A stretch of DNA of 63,708 nt, taken from an uncultured delta proteobacterium (GTDB lineage Bacteria > Desulfobacterota > Desulfobacteria > Desulfobacterales > JAFDCJ01). The stretch spans positions 1 to 63,708 of the forward strand of contig CAVYNY010000027.1 in NCBI GenBank assembly GCA_963769935.1. The letters run 5' to 3'. Under the pieces are notes generated by a model. It did not search any database. It had not been told where the DNA came from and saw only the letters and a program-made list of their open reading frames with translations. A program made the translations under genes and the position numbers. Shown here one piece after another: positions 10,360 to 19,632 of the stretch. Within the stretch, counting starts at the first letter, position 1, and each line of letters opens with the position of its first letter.

Positions 10360-11720
10360 AGGTGGTCATCGTGGGTGCGGGGGAGGTCGGTTTTCATGTC
10401 GCCGGCCATCTGACGGTTGAAAACAAGGAAGTTGTGGTTATCGACAAAGATGCCGAAGCCCTGCGGCGGGTTTCCGACAATCTGGATGTGCAGGTGATAC
10501 AAGGCTCCGGCAGTAGTCCGCTGGTGTTGGAAGAAGCCGGCATCCGCGATGCGGAGATCATTCTGGCAGTCACCAACAGTGACGAAGCCAACCTGGTCGC
10601 CTGCCTGATGGCCAATATCCTTTCGCCGTCCACCAAGAAATTGGCCCGGGTCCGCGATGGGGATTTCGATAATTATCATGACACTTTTCGTGAACAGGCA
10701 CCCCACATCGACACCATTATCAACCCCGAAATTGAAGTTGTCAAAACCATCACCAGCATGATGAGCGTGCCGGGGGCCGTGGATGTGGGGGAGTTTGCCG
10801 ATGGCCGTATAAAATTTATCGGGATATATTTGGACAAGACTTCACGCCTGGCCGGTATCAAACTGGCCGAGATTCCGGATAAAATCAGCAATTCGCGCCT
10901 CCTGATTGCCGCCGTGGTGCGGGAGGAAGAATTGATCATCCCCAGAGGCGATGATCGGTTGATGCCCGGTGATCTGATCTATTTTATCAGCGAAGCGGAT
11001 AAGCTGTTTCAGACCCTGGCGGTGTTCGACAAGCATGAGCAGCCGATTAAACGGGCGCTGATCGTCGGCGGCGGTCGCATCGGATATCGTCTGGCCAGGA
11101 GCATGGAGCATGAATCGATCTATTGCAAAATAATTGAGAAAAGTCCGAATCGCTGCGCTTATCTGGCCGAAGGTCTCAACAAGACGGTTGTGCTTTGCGG
11201 CGACGGATCCGACCAGGGGCTTCTGGCCGAAGAAAATATCCAGGATATGGATGTGGTGATTACGCTGACCAGCGATGAAGAAACCAATATTCTCGCTTCC
11301 CTGCTTGCCAGGCGCCTGGGGGCCAAAAATTCCATCACCAAAATCAGCAAATTCAGTTATTTTCCTTTGATGAAAGCCATCGGGATCGAACAGGTGGTCA
11401 GCCCCCGTCTGTCCGCCATCAACACCATCTTGCAGCACATCCGCCGCGGCAAAGTGTTCTCAGCCATATCCATCAAAGGCGAAAAGGCTGAAGTCATGGA
11501 AGCGCTGGCCCTCGAAACGTCGGAGATCGTGGATAAACCGCTCAAGCGGATTTCCTTTCCCAAAGGGGCTATGGTGGCCGGCATTATCAGGAATGATGAA
11601 ATTATCATTCCCACCGGCGACAGCGTCATCCATCCGGATGACCGGGTCATCATTTGCGCCGGCCGAAAAGCAGTACCAAAGATCGAAAAAATTTTGGCAG
11701 TCAAGCTGGAGTATTTTTAA
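10356..11720 (+). CDS. trkA: Trk system K+ uptake NAD-binding subunit
   Basis: Two RCK_N/RCK_C pairs, GAGEVG and GGGRIG Rossmann motifs; adjacent to trkH. Confidence 0.95.
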   Translation: MKVVIVGAGEVGFHVAGHLTVENKEVVVIDKDAEALRRVSDNLDVQVIQGSGSSPLVLEEAGIRDAEIILAVTNSDEANLVACLMANILSPSTKKLARVRDGDFDNYHDTFREQAPHIDTIINPEIEVVKTITSMMSVPGAVDVGEFADGRIKFIGIYLDKTSRLAGIKLAEIPDKISNSRLLIAAVVREEELIIPRGDDRLMPGDLIYFISEADKLFQTLAVFDKHEQPIKRALIVGGGRIGYRLARSMEHESIYCKIIEKSPNRCAYLAEGLNKTVVLCGDGSDQGLLAEENIQDMDVVITLTSDEETNILASLLARRLGAKNSITKISKFSYFPLMKAIGIEQVVSPRLSAINTILQHIRRGKVFSAISIKGEKAEVMEALALETSEIVDKPLKRISFPKGAMVAGIIRNDEIIIPTGDSVIHPDDRVIICAGRKAVPKIEKILAVKLEYF

Positions 11721-13169
11721 ATGCGCTGGCGGTTTATCCTGAATATCATTGGGATATTGACCTTTTTTTTCGGACTCACCATGATATTCCCTCTGATTGT
11801 AGGTCTGTATTACCAGGACTCCAGTGTGATTCCGCTTTTGGAATCCATGGGAATTACGGCGCTGGCCGGTTTGATAGTCTACCTCATTTTCCGTAAAGAC
11901 AGGGTAGAGGTCATAAGCCAGCGCGAAGGCATGGCGATTGTAGCGGTGGGATGGACCGTCGTTGGTTTCTGCGGGGCGATTCCATTTTACCTGGGTGACG
12001 GATTCTATACGTTCACCGACGCGTTTTTTGAATCGGTATCAGGCTTCACCACCACCGGCGCCTCGATTCTTACCAATATTGAAGCCGTGTCCAAGGGGCT
12101 TCTTTTCTGGCGCAGTTTTATCCAATGGCTGGGGGGCATGGGCATTATTGTGCTCTCGGTTGCGATCCTGCCATTTTTGGGCGTCGGCGGCATGCAGCTT
12201 TACAAGGCCGAAGTTCCCAGTCCCGTGCCCGACAAACTCAAGCCCCGCATCCGCGATACGGCCAAAATTTTATGGCAGGTGTATGCCCTGATCTCTCTGG
12301 CCCAGGTCATTCTGCTGTTGCTGGGGGGGATGAGTTTGTTCGACGCGCTGTGCCATACGTTTACCACCATGCCGACCGGCGGGTTTTCCACCAGAAATGC
12401 CTCCGTTGCCCATTACGACAGTGTCTATTTCGATTGTGTCATCATACTTTTCATGCTGCTGGCGGGCATTAATTTTTCGCTCCATTATCAAATGCTGCGG
12501 GGCAAAACACTGGCATTCTGGCAGGATTCCGAATGCCGCTTCTTTCTGGGGACGGTTCTGGTGTTGGTTTGCCTGGTCGGTTGGGATGTGTTTAAAAGCG
12601 TTTACGCAACCATCGGTGAAGCGCTGCGATACGGGGCCTTTCAGGTGGTTTCGATCGTCACCACCACCGGTTTTGCCACCGCTGATTATGAGCAATGGCC
12701 GGCCATGTCCCAGCTTATACTGTTGTTGTCTATGTTTATCGGGGCATCCGCCGGTTCCACCGGCGGCGGCATGAAATGCCTGCGGATCATGCTGTGTTTC
12801 AAGTATTGCTACAAGGAGCTGTTTTCCCTGGTTCATCCGCGGGCGGTTTCGCTTATAAAGATCGGCGGTAAAACAGTCCCGGACGACGTCATGCGCAGTG
12901 TTCTCGGGTTTATGGCACTTTATGTCGGATTGTTTGCGATTTCATCCGTGGTGCTGGCCGGCACGGGAGTTGATTTTATTACAGCCATTGGGGCAGTGGC
13001 GGCCTCCATCGGCAACATCGGCCCCGGATTCGGCATGGTGGGCCCGGCGGAAAACTATGCCGCCATACCGGCATTCGGAAAATGGCTGCTGGCCTGGTGC
13101 ATGCTGCTCGGTCGATTGGAAATTTTTACGGTGATTATTCTGGTGGTTCCAGAGTTTTGGCGAAAATAA
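11721..13169 (+). CDS. trkH: Trk system K+ uptake membrane subunit
   Basis: FESVSGFTTTG, QWLGGMG, TGGFS, STGGGMK, GNIGPG, MLLGRLE. Confidence 0.96.
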   Translation: MRWRFILNIIGILTFFFGLTMIFPLIVGLYYQDSSVIPLLESMGITALAGLIVYLIFRKDRVEVISQREGMAIVAVGWTVVGFCGAIPFYLGDGFYTFTDAFFESVSGFTTTGASILTNIEAVSKGLLFWRSFIQWLGGMGIIVLSVAILPFLGVGGMQLYKAEVPSPVPDKLKPRIRDTAKILWQVYALISLAQVILLLLGGMSLFDALCHTFTTMPTGGFSTRNASVAHYDSVYFDCVIILFMLLAGINFSLHYQMLRGKTLAFWQDSECRFFLGTVLVLVCLVGWDVFKSVYATIGEALRYGAFQVVSIVTTTGFATADYEQWPAMSQLILLLSMFIGASAGSTGGGMKCLRIMLCFKYCYKELFSLVHPRAVSLIKIGGKTVPDDVMRSVLGFMALYVGLFAISSVVLAGTGVDFITAIGAVAASIGNIGPGFGMVGPAENYAAIPAFGKWLLAWCMLLGRLEIFTVIILVVPEFWRK

Positions 13170-13237
13170 TTGGGCAATTTTCTTTTTTATGGTTGACAAA
13201 GGCCGAATATTTCATTAAATAAATCTACTTTTTGCAG

Positions 13238-13313
13238 GGGCCGTTAACTCAGTCGGTAGAGTATCTGCCTTTTAAGCAGAGAGTCGTTGGTTCGAGTCCA
13301 ACACGGCCCACCA
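13238..13313 (+). tRNA. tRNA-Lys(UUU)
   Basis: GGGCCGT/ACGGCCC acceptor, TCTGC-CTTTTAA-GCAGA anticodon arm, GTTCGAGTC, CCA end. Confidence 0.97.
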
Positions 13314-13317
13314 ACTC

Positions 13318-13398
13318 GCAAAGAGCATAGCGCTGAGGGCAGAGCGTGAGTTTCGATCCCAGTTTACCACACCGGGCGCTCTGCACTATGCTCTCTGC
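13318..13398. repeat. Heptamer-type inverted repeat in the tRNA spacer
   Basis: gcaaagagcatag...gcagagcg pairs with cgctctgc...ctatgctctctgc. Confidence 0.75.
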
Positions 13399-13408
13399 AA
13401 AATTTTGC

Positions 13409-13486
13409 GTCCCTATCGTCTAGCCAGGTCCAGGACACCGGCCTTTCACGCCGGCAACAGGGGTTCAAATCCCCTTGGGGACGCCA
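13409..13486 (+). tRNA. tRNA-Glu(UUC); integration target
   Basis: GTCCCTA/TGGGGAC acceptor, CCGGC-CTTTCAC-GCCGG anticodon arm, GTTCAAATC, CCA end. Confidence 0.97.
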
Positions 13487-13498
13487 CCGAAATTATAA

Positions 13499-13530
13499 GG
13501 TCGCCAGAAAATCTGGCGGCCTTTTTTGTT
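13499..13530 (+). terminator. Terminator after tRNA-Glu (part of the att repeat)
   Basis: ggtcgccaga-aaa-tctggcggcc plus T run. Confidence 0.85.
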
Positions 13531-13707
13531 GCCGGCGTGAAAGGTCTGTGTTTCTGGCCATTAATGGTCTTGAAAATTCGGAAAAGAATTTGATATATTG
13601 GCGAAGGACAATTTAAAATTTTCCAGGAATGAACACATTGGTAGTATGTTTTATGAAAGAATAACCGATTAAATTCCAAATTTAGATAAAATGCAACGGA
13701 GGCACAC

Positions 13708-13962
13708 ATGTCAATAAAGGTCACAATAGATCTTCCAGATGACGCATTCACAGTACTCCGCACAGATCCAGATAGCTTTGTAAGAGAAATGCGGCTTGCC
13801 GCTGCCGTAAAATGGTATGAAATGGGGAAAGTGTCTCAATCCAAGGCGGCGGAGCTTACCGGCTTGAGTCGCCAAGAATTTCTGGGTGCGCTTAATCGCT
13901 TCAACGTTTCTCCCTTTCAAGTGACCCCAAACGAACTTAAAGAGGAAATCGCTGATGCCTAA
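13708..13962 (+). CDS. UPF0175 family putative antitoxin
   Basis: MRLAAAVKWYEMGKVSQSKAAELTGLSRQEF HTH; overlaps the PIN gene. Confidence 0.85.
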   Translation: MSIKVTIDLPDDAFTVLRTDPDSFVREMRLAAAVKWYEMGKVSQSKAAELTGLSRQEFLGALNRFNVSPFQVTPNELKEEIADA

Positions 13963-14449
13963 AAAGTGGGTTTTGAATGCCTCTCCGATTATTTCTCTAT
14001 GTAACATAGAAAAGGCTTCTTTGTTAATTGAATTATGCGATGAACTGCTAATTCCCAAAGGAGTTGCCGAGGAGATCCATCGAGGAACAGAAGATGATTC
14101 GGCGAAAATATGGCTTCAACAATTTGGCGGGCCTTATGTAAAGGACGTTGGACCGATAGAAGCTGTCATTCGTGCATGGGATCTTGGGCAAGGTGAGACA
14201 GAAGTAATCAATTGGGTCTTTACCAATTCCGGTTGGACAGCGGTTCTTGATGACCGAGCAGCAAGAAACTGCGTACAATCTTTGAATCGGCGAGTTTTAG
14301 GAACGATAGGAATAATTTTAATTGCCAAGAAAGAACAGAAAATTGAAGCGGTCAGTCCGCTTTTAAATCAATTGGATCAAATTGGATTTAGGATCAGCCG
14401 GGATTTGATTAATGAAGCGATTGTTCTATCAGGAGAAAAAGGAGGCTGA
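13955..14449 (+). CDS. DUF3368 PIN-domain (VapC-like) toxin
   Basis: VLNASPII, DLGQGETEVI, LDDRAAR, GTIGIIL. Confidence 0.85.
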   Translation: MPKKWVLNASPIISLCNIEKASLLIELCDELLIPKGVAEEIHRGTEDDSAKIWLQQFGGPYVKDVGPIEAVIRAWDLGQGETEVINWVFTNSGWTAVLDDRAARNCVQSLNRRVLGTIGIILIAKKEQKIEAVSPLLNQLDQIGFRISRDLINEAIVLSGEKGG

Positions 14450-14465
14450 GAGTATCTTTATGAGC

Positions 14466-15398
14466 TTAGATCACTTCAGACAGTCGCTTCAAAGAATACA
14501 CCCCGGATAATCCCTTGATGGGTTTTGGCTTTTTCTCGTGCTTTGAATTGAACAGATCCTTAAACCGCCGATAATTTTTAGAAACAAACGCTTTTGATCC
14601 GATTATGCCCGAATCCGTAAAATAGCGTGTACGATATCGGAACCGATCGCTTCGACTGAGTTCAAACTCCCTGTGGCGCTCCTTTTCAAGGACCTTGTCT
14701 TTAATGACCGTGACGTTACCTTTCTCGGGCTGGTTCAGTGCGCCTGCTTCATAGACGTATCGGCGATACCTTCTGATGCGTTCTTTTCTGCTTTTGACAT
14801 TGAATTCTTTTAAACCGAAATCAGTGGAAAGAAAGTTGCCCTTGTTGTGTGTCTGCATATGATAGCCAAGCGAATTCCAGCGGTAGTCTTCGGGGCGATC
14901 CACCAGACCGGCCCGCAACGGGTTTAAGTCAATGTAGGCCAGACAGTTGATCAAGGTCTCTCCTTTTTCTACGATGACGCTCTTGAAGCGGTCTCCCCAA
15001 AAGTAACCCCGCCGGTGGTGACGCCGGTTGTAAAACCGGGCAAAGTTAACCTTGATTTCACGCATAAATTCAGAAAGACTTGATAGTCTGTTTCTTAGTG
15101 ATGGAATCAGACCATCGGCAAAAACACGCTCATCACCATAAAAATCCACATACCGCTTTAGAAGATCGTCGTCGCTAAATTTATATTCAGGAATCACCCT
15201 CACCAAGATGTGAAAATGATTTCCCATCAAACAAAACCCTAATATTTCAACCAAATAAAGGGCTGCATAACGCCGGATCAAGTCCAGCATAAAATCTTTT
15301 TCAATATCGTCCAATGGAAAACCATCCAGAGCAGTGCGGGACATCACATGATATACCGTGCTTTGATCATCAATTATCATTCGCTGCGTTCGTGGCAT
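14466..15398 (-). CDS. REP-associated/IS200-like HUH tyrosine transposase (RAYT-type)
   Basis: YHVMSR, CLMGNHFHILV (HUH), FWGDRFKS, YIDLNPLRAGLV, PEDYRWNS. Confidence 0.88.
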   Translation of the reverse strand: MPRTQRMIIDDQSTVYHVMSRTALDGFPLDDIEKDFMLDLIRRYAALYLVEILGFCLMGNHFHILVRVIPEYKFSDDDLLKRYVDFYGDERVFADGLIPSLRNRLSSLSEFMREIKVNFARFYNRRHHRRGYFWGDRFKSVIVEKGETLINCLAYIDLNPLRAGLVDRPEDYRWNSLGYHMQTHNKGNFLSTDFGLKEFNVKSRKERIRRYRRYVYEAGALNQPEKGNVTVIKDKVLEKERHREFELSRSDRFRYRTRYFTDSGIIGSKAFVSKNYRRFKDLFNSKHEKKPKPIKGLSGVYSLKRLSEVI

Positions 15399-15460
15399 TG
15401 TCGGCCCCTTTATTCGTGGATTCAAGAGCTTCATTACATAAGATTTATCTAAAGTCAAGT

Positions 15461-15495
15461 ATAAAGTACCTGTCCCTTTTATTCTCTTTTATCAT
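15461..15495. repeat. RAYT-associated end motif (cctgtccc + T-rich); copies at 19369, 57098; related ggggtcagatct at 19195
   Basis: ataaagtacctgtccc identical at 15461 and 19369; acctgtccccttttcc at 57098. Confidence 0.65.
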
Positions 15496-15558
15496 TTAAG
15501 ATGCTTGGGCTATTATTTTTTATGTTTTTAAGTATCCCACAAGTATCCCACTCAAAGT

Positions 15559-16335
15559 TTAACTTTCTAATTCAAACAAATTTTTCAGAAATTCATTAAA
15601 TAAACTCATCTCATGAATCCCTATTGTATTTTCATCCACCCATCTATTATCTTGAATTGAGACCTGTATTGCTTTACCGGGCCTTAATATGTTTCCAATA
15701 CAGCCCACAACGGCCTTATCCTTTCCAGATGGCTTAATGAAATCTTTTCTTTCAGACTTATTCAGGTTTTCCACACTTACGTTATTGATATATTCAAGCG
15801 CTCCATTATAGAGTTCATTATAATTAGTTGTAGCGCAATCAATTAATATTCGTTCTAGAGTTCCATCCGAGCTATTATCAGGGAAAATATAGAAACCAGC
15901 CTTTATTTCCTGTTCAATAATTTCCCCAGGATTCTGCGGCAAATCCATAATCCCTTTAAGTTCTGCTTTTATTTTTTTAAATTTAGCTCTCCCAGAGTCG
16001 TTACTATGATCTGCATCAATAATGATACCTATTCCAGCTACTACCTCCAAAAATTGGTCATAATTATTCAGTGTTCCATTAATGGTTTTTACAATTTGGT
16101 CAACACCTTCGGCGCTATGGATCGCGATTGAATAGTTATCCTTATGGAAAAAATCAGGCACTGGCATACGTTTCTTGAGATCACCCGCATATGGGAATGT
16201 TGTTGGCACTATCTTTTTCCAAAACGGATTTAGATCTTCTATTCTTATAATTCTTCTAAACCCGAACCTCTTTAAAAACTTCCCTATGAACTCAACTTCA
16301 TGCGGCCCTTCAACAACCAAATATCCGTAACTCAT
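15559..16335 (-). CDS. DUF3226-like TOPRIM-fold protein
   Basis: VVEGPHE and IIDAD acidic motifs, FPDNSSDGTLE; coupled to an ABC-type ATPase. Confidence 0.7.
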   Translation of the reverse strand: MSYGYLVVEGPHEVEFIGKFLKRFGFRRIIRIEDLNPFWKKIVPTTFPYAGDLKKRMPVPDFFHKDNYSIAIHSAEGVDQIVKTINGTLNNYDQFLEVVAGIGIIIDADHSNDSGRAKFKKIKAELKGIMDLPQNPGEIIEQEIKAGFYIFPDNSSDGTLERILIDCATTNYNELYNGALEYINNVSVENLNKSERKDFIKPSGKDKAVVGCIGNILRPGKAIQVSIQDNRWVDENTIGIHEMSLFNEFLKNLFELES

Positions 16336-16338
16336 AAA

Positions 16339-17505
16339 TCACCACCTGACATCCTGCCCTAATTCAGATCTCAAATCATCGAGCATTTTTCCAGAGATTT
16401 TCTTGCATTTAATGCTGTCGTCTTTTCTCATTGTCTTATAGAGGCTCAAGTCTTTCAAATTCCCTTTTGCGCTTTCTAATACTGCGTCTACGCATTCTAA
16501 GCTGTGTGTTGACGCAAAAACTTGCACTTTCATGTCTTTTGCCGCCTCGAGAAACCATGTCATGAATCTCTTTAAGGCTGTTATGTGGATAGCGCTTTCA
16601 AACTCATCAATACACATTATACCATTTGCACACTGTGCTAAACTTAGAGATAGAAGAATCATTCGTCTAATCCCATCTCCTAGAATACTTATGGGAATAG
16701 TACCAAACCTTTTATGTTCGGCGTAGAGTTCTGATGGAGCGCCTTCTGGCTGCAGAATTGATATATTTTCAATATCTTCATCAATTAATTTAATAAGTCT
16801 TAAGCATCTTTTATGGTGTCCGGTCTTTACGGATTTAGTCCACTCTTTTACTCCAGAATCTGGTCTCCTATGCTGATGCGCGCTCTCAAATTTACCCTTT
16901 ATATCTGTTTGGATTTTTGGCGCTAAAATTGTCAAGCTATCTGAGCTTGTAAACTCAAATCCTTGTGAGATTAAATTCTGTGTATCGGATTTAAACTTAA
17001 GAATCACTTCCCCAATTCCAATCCCTTTTATCTTTGGACTCCTACTTACCAACTCATATTCATTAGGAATTATTGATACCGAAACTGAGCTTGACGAGGA
17101 TGCACTTGATAAAGACATCCCTTCATTATCATTTTTGCCAACTATTTGAGTCATTTCCTCATTTGTTAGTTCGTAATCATTTATCAATGCTTCGATCTCT
17201 CGATTACTGCTTTTCCACTTGCTTTCAATTTTGAATTCAAGCTTTCCAGAATGGGAAAATGCAGGAAAGAACCATCTAAGCTGATCAAATATATACCTCT
17301 GGTTTCCAACAAATCCACCATTTCGAAAGGAAATCAAAGACAATAAAACGTGCATATTTAAAGGTGCACAGCAAACAAATATAGCTTCAAGCAGACTTGT
17401 CTTTCCAGAATTATTTGGTCCGACTAAAAGATTAAAACGGGTTGGTGCTAACAACTCTAATTCATTTATTCCCCTGAAGCCTGTTATTCTAATTTTTTTT
17501 AGCAT
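16339..17505 (-). CDS. AAA_15/AAA_21 ABC-type ATPase
   Basis: GPNNSGKTSLLEA Walker A, LGDGIRR signature, IDEFESAIH Walker B/D-loop, STHS H-loop; AT-rich. Confidence 0.9.
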   Translation of the reverse strand: MLKKIRITGFRGINELELLAPTRFNLLVGPNNSGKTSLLEAIFVCCAPLNMHVLLSLISFRNGGFVGNQRYIFDQLRWFFPAFSHSGKLEFKIESKWKSSNREIEALINDYELTNEEMTQIVGKNDNEGMSLSSASSSSSVSVSIIPNEYELVSRSPKIKGIGIGEVILKFKSDTQNLISQGFEFTSSDSLTILAPKIQTDIKGKFESAHQHRRPDSGVKEWTKSVKTGHHKRCLRLIKLIDEDIENISILQPEGAPSELYAEHKRFGTIPISILGDGIRRMILLSLSLAQCANGIMCIDEFESAIHITALKRFMTWFLEAAKDMKVQVFASTHSLECVDAVLESAKGNLKDLSLYKTMRKDDSIKCKKISGKMLDDLRSELGQDVRW

Positions 17506-17887
17506 TACTCTAAACTCCAAATGTTAATCGTCTACTAGTTTTCTTATTTTTTCCTCGCGTTTAATTAACAGCCCTTTGGTAAATTCTTTTAGCATCAATG
17601 GTTTTGATTTTCAAATATCTATCGAAAGCTTTATTAGTACTATGTAATATCCCGGATCTAATCTGCTCTGGTGTAAATAATTCTCGTAGTGGCGTTACTG
17701 TACTATGACGAGTTCCGCCATAAAGATCGTTACCTTTAATCCCTAAAGTTTTGCAAGCTTTCTGCGGCCATTACTATAAATATTAGCCTCGAAAATTTAA
17801 GTTATCTATCCATTACCTGCACTCTGGTCGGACTTGCGATATCTTAATTAAATTTGTATGAAAATACTTGAGGTACCCATAAGGTTT

Positions 17888-17948
17888 TAGTAACGGCTTT
17901 CATCAGCCGCTGTCGGCAAGAGAGTCGGCTGCATGGACTTGCTGAAAT
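17888..17948 (-). other. Degenerate attC-like site
   Basis: Minus strand TTTCAGC-AAGTCCATGCAGCCG...CGGCTGATGAAAGCC-GTTACTA. Confidence 0.5.
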
Positions 17949-18014
17949 CCCCGTTCTGATTAAATTACCCATATCATAAAAGGTGGTTGTCAAGTCAAGA
18001 AAATCTTAATACTA

Positions 18015-19180
18015 TTATTTTGCCCCGTATCGCTCCTTTGCAACCTCCATCCGGGTATTGAGATCCTCTTTCTTATAAACTCGATCATACCACTCCAGGG
18101 CCATTTTAAGGCGGTCCTGTTGCTCAGGGGTCAGGGATTGACGGAATTTAAATCTATCTTTCAGCGGAAGCGAGCCAGGGGGTGAGCTCGTTTGATGCTC
18201 GATCGCAGCGATCGCGGACCGCCGCCCAGGTCGTAGTATTTATCGAGATAGCGCTTTGCAGCCTCCAGAGTCGCCGTATTTTAGCGCCTGGCGATAATAA
18301 TACAGGGCGTTTGAGCGGTTTGTGGGCTTGCCCGAGGGCCTTTCAATGCCATGGTCGCCCAACCAGTCAAAAACATACTTGCGCACGTCATAGTAGGCCT
18401 GTTCGCCGGGATCATTTTCGTAGATCAGGACGTTTTTCAGGTCATTTATGAAGTGCTCGGCCTTTGTCTTTCCGCGTCCCGGTTTTCCCGCAAGCTGCCG
18501 GTAAATCCATCGAGGCTGAAAGTCCTTAGAACGTGCTCTATGGTATCGTGAATCGGCCGCGGGTTGAAGGGATCCGGATACGTCGTTTCTTTGGTAAGGG
18601 TTTCAAATAGCAATTTGGGCTCCGGTCGTATTCCCTGAATGGTTTTAGTGACCGCGGCTTTCGGTACCTCGGCCATTTTTTCCTGGATGCTGGCCTTGCC
18701 TTTAAAAATGTCCTGAATATCGGCCGGCCAATCTTCCAGCCCGAAAAAGGATAGAGCGTCGGAAAGGGCGCCCTGGAATCTGATTGTCATAATGGATCCG
18801 TCATCGCGCCGGCCGACGATAAGATGAAGCTGCCGGCGTCCTTGCTCACCGATTTCCTCCCATTCGTCGGGAAACCGAAGCACGTTCCACAATAAAACCG
18901 CACCCATCAGGATATTGGCCTTTAGGGCCAGTTTGAGCGAGCCCATCAAAACCTTTTTGCCAATTATCCCGGCCATCCTGGCGCGGACTGAGGCGGCCTC
19001 TGCGTGCCGATCCTCGGCCTTTAGATTTCGCATTAAGTAAACGTACCGCGGCATATTAATTTCCATCCAACTGTAGAAGGGTACGAGGCGCCTGCGGATA
19101 TACATGCCGGCCTGGCTGATGTTGCCATAGTCTCCGATCAGCTCCCTGGCCAGCTTGGCCGCCTTATCGTCCATATCTTC
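18015..19180 (-). pseudogene. C-terminal fragment of a large phage-type protein, frameshifted
   Basis: LIGDYGNIS...PFYSW; reading continues across ~3 frameshifts to ...KERYGAK* at 18015; 5' end cut at the RAYT end motif. Confidence 0.55.
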
Positions 19181-19247
19181 AAAAACAGGAAAAAGGGGTC
19201 AGATCTTTTAAATTGACAAAATATAATGAATATGCTAATGAAGCGCC

Positions 19248-19555
19248 ATGGCAAGGGCACTGAGAATACAATATCCTGGCGCGTATTACCATGTAATGAA
19301 TCGAGGCAACCGCCGTGAGGATATACTTATAGCAGATCAAGATCGTAAGATTTTTTTGAAAAGAAGAATAAAGTACCTGTCCCCATTTTATTTTATTTTC
19401 ATTTTATTTTTTTAAAACAGGCCGAAGCGCAATTAGAAGAAAAATATCGAGTGCAGGTGAGTGTTATCAAGCTGTCCGCGCTCATCGACAAAGTGGCTCA
19501 CTGCTACAGAATTGATCCTGAAACTTTATGGTCAGCCAGTAAAGAGCAGCCAAGC
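19248..19555 (+). pseudogene. Internally deleted RAYT-type transposase
   Basis: MARALRIQYPGAYYHVMNRGNRREDI, then the cctgtccc motif, then a C-terminal-like piece LIDKVAHCYRIDPETLWSASK. Confidence 0.75.
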
Positions 19556-19632
19556 ATTTTTTAAACGACTCCTGGGATTCACTGGGATTCACCTGATGGC
19601 TCTTCTGCTAATAGCCCTTCTATACTAATGTC

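Noticed and set aside
10320..10420. Real 65-bp plsC/trkA overlap
   Set aside because: One extra G in the G-run restores a typical TTGA stop/start coupling, so a homopolymer error is more likely.
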